NCBI GenBank assembly: GCA_963827275.1
Contig: CAWHAA010000010.1
Span: forward strand, 1-64,000
Length of the DNA stretch: 64,000 nt
From: an uncultured Spirochaetota bacterium
Lineage (GTDB): Bacteria > Spirochaetota > UBA4802 > UBA5550
Reading direction: 5' to 3'
Positions 1-7,157 of the stretch are shown here, piece after piece. The notes under the pieces were generated by a model. That model worked only from the letters and a program-made list of their open reading frames with translations, was not told the origin of the DNA and did not search any database. Position numbers and translations under genes: made by a program. The stretch's first letter is position 1. Each line of letters starts with the position of its first letter.

Positions 1-265
1 TATTAATAATCCCAATATACCATCATAATTAGTCTTTATGATACAGTATCAATATATGATCGATAAAATAAACAAGATACACTTCAAGAGTCGACCTTGT
101 ATATTTTTAATGCATTGCATACTGTTGAAAGTAACTTTCAAATAATTTTATCAAATATTTATTCCCGATTTACTAATAATAAAACCAATTCAAAATAATT
201 GAATGGTTAAAGAAACCCTTATCAGTCGGGAACAGAATGAGTTTTAAAGTATGCTACAAAGATAA

Positions 266-320
266 ATAAGGATCGGGTCAGAATGACCCAACATAAGGAT
301 CGAGTTGAAATGACTCACAC
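266..320 (+). repeat. Two tandem 27-28 bp imperfect repeats, each with an ATAAGGATC leader and a small hairpin
   Basis: ataaggatcgggtcagaatgacccaac (266-292) and ataaggatcgagttgaaatgactcacac (293-320); stems GGGTCA/TGACCC and GAGTT/GACTC. Confidence 0.6.
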
Positions 321-377
321 AAGGAGGCTCCTGTGCCAATAACAGGCCATTTTTGAAATGACCTGACAGGTCCACTG

Positions 378-602
378 ATCATAACGGTTTCTTTTCAATG
401 TCGGCGCCGGCATTGTCGTATTGTCGCATGGCGAGTAATCCATGCGCTAAGAGGCATAACCTCTTGTATGTTCTTTGAAAAAGTGAACCGCTAAATCGAA
501 TTCATGCAAAATGTCTTCGGACAATTTCGCTCATAAGATGGTGCGGGATAGACCCCGTGATTTTTTTGTAATCCGGCGGGCAGAATGAATTATGTTATAG
601 AT
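378..602. other. Long imperfect palindrome with attC-like ends and internal hairpins (attC-like site or structured RNA)
   Basis: Left end ATCATAAC..TTCAATGTCGGCGCCGG pairs with right end CCGGCGGGCAGAATGAA..GTTATAGAT; internal stems CGCATGG/CCATGCG, AAGAGG/CCTCTT, TGTC-TTCG-GACA, GCGGG/CCCGT. Confidence 0.5.
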
Positions 603-777
603 ATATAATATTATTTGTTGATAATCACTACGATGCCAGATCGAGTATAGCTGTCTCTGACTGTGGCTCATAAAAGGGTTGTTTGATATTTATAAGTAAT
701 TATAATCAAATTATTTGAGAAAAAAAACAGCTATTTTAACTATTATTAGTTAAATTTTTTTTATTTTTTCTGATCCA

Positions 778-884
778 CTATCCAGATCATGAAATCCAGC
801 AGGATATCATCGACAACCTGGTTCGAGTACTGTCTTCCCGTGGGAGCATGAGGCGCTTTTCGAACTCCGGGAAGCGCCTTTTTT
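778..884 (+). repeat. Cassette-boundary repeat copy 1 (71-bp arm + GAGCA core + terminator hairpin)
   Basis: Arm 778-848 matches copy 2 at 65/71 and copy 3 at 68/71 positions by manual alignment; it ends GGTTCGAGTACTGTCTTCCCGTGGGAGCA. Confidence 0.95.
851..884 (+). terminator. Rho-independent terminator-like hairpin (part of the repeat)
   Basis: AGGCGCTTTTCG-AACTC-CGGGAAGCGCCT followed by a T run. Confidence 0.8.
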
Positions 885-932
885 CTTTGTATTAGATTAT
901 GTGATGATTTTGATGACTGTATCGGGCAGGGA

Positions 933-1277
933 TTAGTCTATCAGAGAACGTACTTTTGCGATCAATTCATCCATCGTCTCTCCATCTAAACAATCAATGT
1001 ACTCTGCATTGCGAGTTTTCCAATCCAGGCTTTTAATCTGGTCTGAGAGAATTACACCATTGATTTCGGATTTTGATTGAACAGAAACTTCAAATGGATA
1101 ACCTTTTACCTTTGACGTTATTGGACAGAAAAGTGCGAGATTTGTTTTGGCATTATATGTCTTGGGAGAAATCACCACTGCCGGTCTTCTCCCACGCTGT
1201 TCATGCCCTGATTGTGGTGTAAAATCCAGCCACACCATGTCTCCTCGCCCGGGAATATATGATTTTGACTTTACCAT
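933..1277 (-). CDS. mazF: PemK/MazF family endoribonuclease toxin
   Basis: YIPGRGDMVWLDFTPQSGHEQRGRRPAVVISP...CPITSKVKGYPFEV...LSDQIKSLDWKTR, typical of MazF. Confidence 0.95.
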   Translation of the reverse strand: MVKSKSYIPGRGDMVWLDFTPQSGHEQRGRRPAVVISPKTYNAKTNLALFCPITSKVKGYPFEVSVQSKSEINGVILSDQIKSLDWKTRNAEYIDCLDGETMDELIAKVRSLID

Positions 1278-1510
1278 GATTCATTACCGGTTGAAGCGCC
1301 GCTGTCGGTCTCTGAATGGAGATTCGTACGCTTAATGCCCCGCAGCAGGTCATCAAGTTTATATTGTTTTTTTACCGGCTTAACAACCAACGATTCATTG
1401 GTCACTTTTATATCCGCTACTGTGCCATTAGTTATTCCAGCATCTTTGGCATATGAGGATGGGATTCGCATGGCCAGGCTATGGCCCCATTTTTGTATTT
1501 TAACCTTCAT
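1271..1510 (-). CDS. mazE: AbrB/MazE family antitoxin
   Basis: KIQKWGHSLAMRIP AbrB-type N-terminus, YKLDDLL and GNESW C-terminus; overlaps the mazF start. Confidence 0.95.
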   Translation of the reverse strand: MKVKIQKWGHSLAMRIPSSYAKDAGITNGTVADIKVTNESLVVKPVKKQYKLDDLLRGIKRTNLHSETDSGASTGNESW

Positions 1511-1525
1511 GGCGTTACCTATATG

Positions 1526-1569
1526 TTATGTATCTTCTTTGAAGATACATAATCTTATCAGTCAGTCAA
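1526..1569 (-). promoter_or_regulatory. mazEF sigma70-type promoter with an overlapping palindromic operator
   Basis: Minus strand TTGACT-16 nt-TATCTT; perfect 12-bp inverted repeat TTATGTATCTTC-ttt-GAAGATACATAA (1526-1552) covers the -10 box. Confidence 0.75.
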
Positions 1570-1620
1570 GTATTTATTTTTTAAAAAGCATAATACTTTC
1601 ATTATTTATAATAACCTTCC

Positions 1621-1727
1621 CTATCCAAATCATAAAATCCAGCAGGACCTCATCGATAACCTGGTTCGAGTACTGTCTTCCCGGGGGAGCATGGGCGCTT
1701 TTCGAACTCCGGGAAGCGCTTTTTTTT
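1621..1727 (+). repeat. Cassette-boundary repeat copy 2 (arm + GAGCA + terminator)
   Basis: Arm 1621-1691, then hairpin GGGCGCTTTTCGAACTCCGGGAAGCGCT and a T run (1693-1727). Confidence 0.95.
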
Positions 1728-1762
1728 ATTTGTTTGTTTACTGAAGGTAGGTAAGCTATAGT

Positions 1763-2089
1763 TTAAGTAAGTGATTCGATTTTCTTTCTCAAATCCGGGA
1801 CCTGGTTTTTCACCACGTCCCACACGACCTTGTAATTCACCCCAAAATAATTATGGATTAGCATGTCTCTCATACCCGCTATTTTCTTCCATTCCACATC
1901 AGGATATTGTTCCTTAAATTCTACTGGAAGGTTTTTAACAGCCTCCCCTATAACTTCAAGGCTCCGCACAAAACTACGCCGAAGGTTTTCATCTTCTATA
2001 AAAACAGCATAATCAAGGCCTGAGGACTGGCGCATGAGATAATCAGCTTCCTCAATGATATGCAGCAAATAAGCCTTATAATTTTTCAA
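1763..2089 (-). CDS. HepT-like HEPN (DUF86) RNase toxin
   Basis: R-X4-H motif RDMLIH(NY), RSLEVIGEAVK, WKKIAGMR; directly downstream of the MNT gene. Confidence 0.92.
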   Translation of the reverse strand: MKNYKAYLLHIIEEADYLMRQSSGLDYAVFIEDENLRRSFVRSLEVIGEAVKNLPVEFKEQYPDVEWKKIAGMRDMLIHNYFGVNYKVVWDVVKNQVPDLRKKIESLT

Positions 2090-2393
2090 TGAACCTGACC
2101 TCTTTGAGGACAGACGGTGCGATGTGCGGACTCAACATGTCAACTGTTATCAAATCCACATTTTGATGCAGAAGAGAAGAAAGCTCATCCGAAAGGGATG
2201 TAACCGTATCAAAATATCCTTTATAATTCACTCCAAAAGACTTTTCATCGAATTCAACAAGCAGGTCAATATCGCTGCCCTTTTTTTCTTCGCCACGGGC
2301 ATACGATCCAAAAAGACCGATTTTGCTCACATGGTGCTTTTTTAATAGTTCATTGTTTTTCTTGAGAATTTCAAAAATTGTGCCGGTCGTCAT
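2076..2393 (-). CDS. MntA-like minimal nucleotidyltransferase antitoxin
   Basis: GLFGSYARGE...SDIDLLVEF (GS-X10-DXD); start chosen at ATG 2393, although the ORF extends to 2426. Confidence 0.92.
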   Translation of the reverse strand: MTTGTIFEILKKNNELLKKHHVSKIGLFGSYARGEEKKGSDIDLLVEFDEKSFGVNYKGYFDTVTSLSDELSSLLHQNVDLITVDMLSPHIAPSVLKEVRFIEKL

Positions 2394-2519
2394 TATCGTT
2401 CCCTTGAATATATTCTTTTTGAACATTATTTATCATATGACAACCATAAACGTAAAGCAAAAATTTGATGGAAGCGGATAAAATACATATTATTAAATTA
2501 TTCGATATTTTCTATTCCA

Positions 2520-2590
2520 CCATCCAGATCATAAAATCCAGCAGGATATCATCGACAACCTGGTTCGAATACTGTCTTCCCGTGGGAGCA
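2520..2590 (+). repeat. Cassette-boundary repeat copy 3 (left arm only, ends at GAGCA)
   Basis: 68/71 identical to the copy 1 arm; followed by unrelated sequence instead of the conserved hairpin. Confidence 0.95.
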
Positions 2591-2733
2591 AAAAAGCAGC
2601 AATTACCATTGCTTCCTTTTATTTCTTCGGATATATCAAAATTAGTTCAAAAATCTTGAAATTTCTTAAATATCCTTATTGCCGATAGTTCCTGTTCGAC
2701 CTTCAGTCTGAAATCTGTCACAATAATATTCAA

Positions 2734-3255
2734 TTACTTACAAACAGTCGAAAAACTGAATGTGCTGTCTGAAACATTTACACTAAGACCATCGGCATCA
2801 TTAAAGTTGCTGATTGAGATGCCGGTATATTTTATGCAATCTTCCAAGAAATCCGTATTTGGGTTTACAATGATCTGATCACTATTTACGCTGCTTGTAC
2901 TAAACGTGAATGCACAATTGCTTGCTTTAAAGCTAATAGCGTCAACCTTAATCGTCCCGACCGTGGAACCATCCAAACTGCCGCTCATGGTTATTATAAT
3001 GTTTGAATCTCCATAGATCCATATTCCGCTTTCGCAAGTGGGTCCCCCCATCATGAAACAAGGATGCAAATGTGAAAATGTAATATTTGATATTTCGAGA
3101 GGAGATTTTGAAGCCGTAAGTCCCGCGGTATACCCCGCGTTATATCCCAGGAGAAAATCGCTCTGCTCCTTTTTACTATCACTAGTATTGTCGCAATATA
3201 AAAATAATAACATACAACTAATTAATATACCATATGCCGGCTGAACATATTTCAT
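2734..3255 (-). CDS. Hypothetical lipoprotein
   Basis: Signal peptide with spirochaete-like lipobox LLFLY-C; Ser/Thr-rich beta-type body with several Cys. Confidence 0.7.
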   Translation of the reverse strand: MKYVQPAYGILISCMLLFLYCDNTSDSKKEQSDFLLGYNAGYTAGLTASKSPLEISNITFSHLHPCFMMGGPTCESGIWIYGDSNIIITMSGSLDGSTVGTIKVDAISFKASNCAFTFSTSSVNSDQIIVNPNTDFLEDCIKYTGISISNFNDADGLSVNVSDSTFSFSTVCK

Positions 3256-3588
3256 AACTGTATCCCTGATAGTAATGTGGAATTGTAATATTTATTTCAA
3301 AATTACGCACTTTTTAAAAAATATGGTAACCTGTCATACATGAACGGCGCTTCTCGATCATGTAACGTGCTTCTTTTTTTTAATTTTTTTGGGACTTGAG
3401 GAAAAATTAACCTATGGTAGAATAGCCTCCTCAATTTTTCCATTTTTATATCATTAAGACTTTTTACCATCTACCGCAATGGAGAGCGGAACAACCTTCG
3501 CATAAGTCAGGATGTTTTATTTGACATCTCCTAAAGTAATGTTATAATCAAGTCAAGTTATAAATTTTGCTCTAAATCGTCTAACAGG

Positions 3589-3631
3589 GTGTGAGCATGG
3601 GCGCTTTTCGAACTCCGGGAAGCGCCTTTTT
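3589..3631 (+). repeat. Cassette-boundary repeat copy 4 (right half only: GAGCA + terminator)
   Basis: GTGTGAGCA-TGGGCGCTTTTCGAACTCCGGGAAGCGCCTTTTT; the left arm is absent. Confidence 0.92.
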
Positions 3632-3961
3632 ATTTTGAAATCCATAAAGAACAAGTGAGTCCACAAGAATTACTGCCACAGGCGTCACCCTGCACTATCA
3701 TTCCATTCCCACTGCCCGATTTCCCTGAATTATCATTGACAATTAGATACATCATACATTTATATTATGCATGCATAAATTCTTAAATCATTCCTTGATA
3801 GAATTACAGATAAAACCCGTCCATCCGAAGATAGTGCTTTTTGAAAATATGGCAACATCCCTCATTGAAAATTAATTTACAATTATCGCACCCGTATTTA
3901 TAGTTTTGTTGCAAGCAGTCGTAGTTTTAATTTAATCATGATACCATGCAGAGGAAATACC

Positions 3962-4816
3962 ATGATCAAGAAAGTATTGATTGCTCTTTCAGTAAGTGTT
4001 GCCGTTTGCGGTCTGCTTATAGGATATGTAGTGTATCAAGCAAAAAAAGTACCTGCCAATAATGTTGATGCAACCTTAAAGACGACCACCTGTAATGATA
4101 AAAAAATCACGGTTTGTCTCGGCGACAGCATCACCCACGGCGCCGTCAGCTTTGACTATGTAGGGATGCTTTCCGTGGACCCGGAATTAAAAGAATTCAC
4201 CTTTGTCAATGAAGGGATTAACAGCAGACTGGCATATAATCTTTTACAGATTGTCGGCAGGGTCGTAGCGCTGAAACCCCGGCATGTTTTCATATTGATA
4301 GGCACCAATGACCTGAAGGCAACGCTTTCTGACAAGGAATACAACCGCTATAATGAATTATGGGACCTTCCACAGAAGCCGACAAAGAAATGGTTTGCCG
4401 GTAATTATAAACAACTGGTTTATGCCCTTAAGACAAAAACAGATGCGAAGGTCGTGTTGATATCCATACCGCCGCTTGGGGAAGATATTGAAAGCGCGCC
4501 GTTTAAACTCGCTGCTGATTATTCACGATTGATCAAGGAGATAGCGGTTGAAATGAAGGTTTCCTATCTACCGTTCAACGAGATACTTACCGCCGAACTT
4601 GTCAGGAGGAGAAAGAAAGTCGCGCTGCCCTACTCGGATGATCCCTGGTTTATGTACACGGCAATTTTAAAGCACTATCTTTTTTGTAAAGACTGGGATG
4701 CCATCTCTGATAACCGTGGTCTGCAATTTTTGACTGACAATATCCACCTAAATTCAAGATGCGGAAAGATACTCGCGGCAAAGATAAAAGAAGCCCTGTC
4801 TGCCTCCGGCACATGA
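3962..4816 (+). CDS. SGNH/GDSL hydrolase with an N-terminal membrane anchor
   Basis: CLGDSITHG, VNEGINS, LIGTND and DNIHLN blocks; GAGGA RBS before ATG 3962. Confidence 0.92.
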   Translation: MIKKVLIALSVSVAVCGLLIGYVVYQAKKVPANNVDATLKTTTCNDKKITVCLGDSITHGAVSFDYVGMLSVDPELKEFTFVNEGINSRLAYNLLQIVGRVVALKPRHVFILIGTNDLKATLSDKEYNRYNELWDLPQKPTKKWFAGNYKQLVYALKTKTDAKVVLISIPPLGEDIESAPFKLAADYSRLIKEIAVEMKVSYLPFNEILTAELVRRRKKVALPYSDDPWFMYTAILKHYLFCKDWDAISDNRGLQFLTDNIHLNSRCGKILAAKIKEALSASGT

Positions 4817-5278
4817 CCCTTTATTACAGCCTTCGATTATTTCCAGACATCCTTCCACCTCTTCGGTTCCACCGTGGTCACGCTACTCATTACCGCCCGA
4901 ACATTCTTCCTCTTAATAACAAAAAACAATATCACTGAAACATACGCTCCACATATTCCTCACTATGATCATTAATTGAGAAATTCCGACTAACGGGAGA
5001 GAATCCGGGATGAGAAGCAGTGTATCCGGCATGCAGCTTTTTCTCACCGGCGTTTCTTTAATCATGATTAAGGAATAAAATTTCATTTTAAAATCATGAT
5101 TAAAGAAGATTTGCCGCTTTGCTCTTGGTATAAATAATAAAACGACCGCACAGACGGTTTTTAAGCGAGTGGCGTGAAATCCGATCCGGTGGGATTCATC
5201 GCAGAACATCTTATCCGGATGTTTCATCGCTCAGGTTGAGGATTTCGGAAATCATTAATCAGGCAGGGGGTTAATTAT

Positions 5279-6842
5279 ATGAACAGTTCATTGCGCGCGA
5301 GCAGCAGCTGGAGCCTTATACGCTTTATTGCTTGTATTAATCACTGGCTGTTTCTTGATTTCTGAAAGCGTTCCCGTGACCCTGGAGCGTCAAACGGCCC
5401 AGGGGACCATCGTCGGGCAGCGTCATTCACATAACGGGTATGAATGCCAGCGTTATCTGGGCATTCCGTACGCCAAGGCCCCGGTTGGCGACCTTCGCTT
5501 CAGGCCGCCTCAGGACCCCGATCCATTTGAAGAAGGCAAGCATGAGGCCTTTGAATACGGATCGATGTGTCCCCAGCTCGTCATGGGGCAGGTCAGCGGC
5601 GACGAAGACTGCCTCTTTCTCAATGTGTGGACGCCGCGTGACGCGAAGCCGGGAGATCGTTACCCGGTCATGTTCTTCCTCCATGGAGGGGGCAACAACC
5701 TCGGGAGCGGCAACCAGGCCCTTGGTGATTTCGTTGGCATGGCCGAGGAAGCCAACGCCTTAAACGACCTCAACTACTTTTTCGATCAGCTGAAAAAGAT
5801 AACCACGCTCGATGAACCCATCTATCAGGGGAATTATCTTGCAGCAAGGCATAACGTTGTACTGGTCACCATCAATTATCGCCTTGGTCCGCTGGGGCAT
5901 CTCGCCCATCCCGGCATCGGCGAAGGAAGCGGTAATTTCGCGTTCCTGGATATGCTCAAGGCGCTGCAGTGGGTAAACCGATCTATCGCAAATTTCGGAG
6001 GCGACAATGGCAATGTCACCATATTCGGAGAGTCGTCAGGCTCCTGGGACACATGCGCACTCTTGAACATGCCGGCAGCAAAGGGACTCTTCCATAAGGC
6101 CATCATGGAAAGCCAGTCCTGCCTCTCCCGCACGATTGAGCAGGCCGAGGGATATGCAACGCCGTACATCAAGGCCGCCAGTTGCAGCGGCGCGACCGAT
6201 ATCGGCACATGCCTCCGCAATGCGGACCTGGAAGACCTTATAACCCCGATGTCCAATATATACGCCCTGCACCCACCATACGGGTTCATGCCGTATATCC
6301 CGGCGGTGGACGGAACAATCTTCCCGAAGCATTTCGCCGAAGCGATTGCCTCGGACCAGTTTAACCATGTGCCGGTCATCATCGGCAACAACGAAAGCGA
6401 ACTTGTCATCCCAATCGCGACCGATATCGGTTTTAATATCCCCCTTGATGCGAACCTGGACATTTTCTCCGCGTACCTCAAGGCTCCCGTATACCAGTAC
6501 CGGTTTGACCATCATCCGCTGAGCAACCTGATACCGGTCATCCACATGTTCGAATTGCCGTACGTATTCGGCGCAACAGAGGACCTCTTCGGCCGTCTGA
6601 ACAGGGAAACAGCGGTGGAAAACATCGTGAGCGCATACTGGACCCGCTTCGCGCGTACGGGAGACCCGAACGGCAGCGGTCAGGCCTACTGGCCTCCCTA
6701 TGACCGCGCGACACAGCGGTATCTCAGGCTCAATGCGTCTCCGTCGGAGGACGCCGGTTCCATTATTATCAACGAGTATAACAGGCTCCTGGCGGGACCG
6801 GCGCTCAGCCTGATCATGGGGGAGCAGATCGTCTTCTGGTAA
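5279..6842 (+). CDS. Type-B carboxylesterase/lipase, probable lipoprotein (5' end apparently frameshifted)
   Basis: YLGIPYAKAPVGDLRF, EDCLFLNVW, HGGG, NYRLGPLG and the GESSG nucleophile; the main ORF is 5328-6842 and ATG 5279 is out of frame by +1; lipobox LITGC. Confidence 0.9.
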
Positions 6843-6898
6843 TTGGGCCTTTAATGGGGATGGATTCTAAAAAGTAAAAATTCCATCCTGATCGCTTT

Positions 6899-7102
6899 TC
6901 AGAACTCTTTGCCTCTGCCGTCATTACAGGGCTCATCTTCATCACTGTTGCGTGCCATCTCAGGGTGGGACGTCGAAGTACAATGCGGAAGGGGCTCGGC
7001 AATCATTTCTTCACCACAGCACACCGGAGCCTTTTTGCCTTCAGTATATTCGGCGGTTTTGTTGCAGAGCGTGCAGCGGTAGATTATCTCTTTTGTTTCC
7101 AT
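6899..7102 (-). CDS. Small Cys-rich protein with a desulforedoxin-like metal site
   Basis: YRCTLC...APVCCGEEM; GGAGA RBS upstream. Confidence 0.65.
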   Translation of the reverse strand: METKEIIYRCTLCNKTAEYTEGKKAPVCCGEEMIAEPLPHCTSTSHPEMARNSDEDEPCNDGRGKEF

Positions 7103-7157
7103 TATTTTCTCCAGGGTACCGGCAGTTTTTTATTTCGACTGATTTATAAGGACATTT

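Larger units (their letters stand above)
778..3631. mobile_element. Putative tandem gene-cassette array delimited by tRNA-3'-like att repeats (probably continues left of the window)
   Basis: Repeat copies at 778, 1621, 2520 and 3589 bracket minus-strand accessory modules (MazEF, MNT-HEPN, lipoprotein) in AT-rich DNA; no recombinase gene is visible in the window. Confidence 0.65.

Noticed and set aside
1..198. 3' end of a plus-strand gene
   Set aside because: Frame 1 is open only from 67 to 198, with stops at 4, 7 and 64; at most a decayed fragment
1335..1754. 139-aa plus-strand ORF (and 2465-2659) sharing IQIIKSSR.SS.TWFEYCLP
   Set aside because: The similarity is just the DNA repeat; 1335-1754 is partly antisense to mazE, and the substitution pattern favours the minus-strand frame
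778..3631. CRISPR array or intact tRNA genes
   Set aside because: The repeats are ~107 bp with gene-sized intervals and there are no cas genes; the arm resembles only the 3' end of a tRNA and I could not fold a cloverleaf
4835..5227. Minus-strand 104-aa ORF 4913-5227 and a short coding-like fragment (..VEPKRWKDVWK*)
   Set aside because: No recognisable motif; it lies in AT-rich intergenic/promoter DNA
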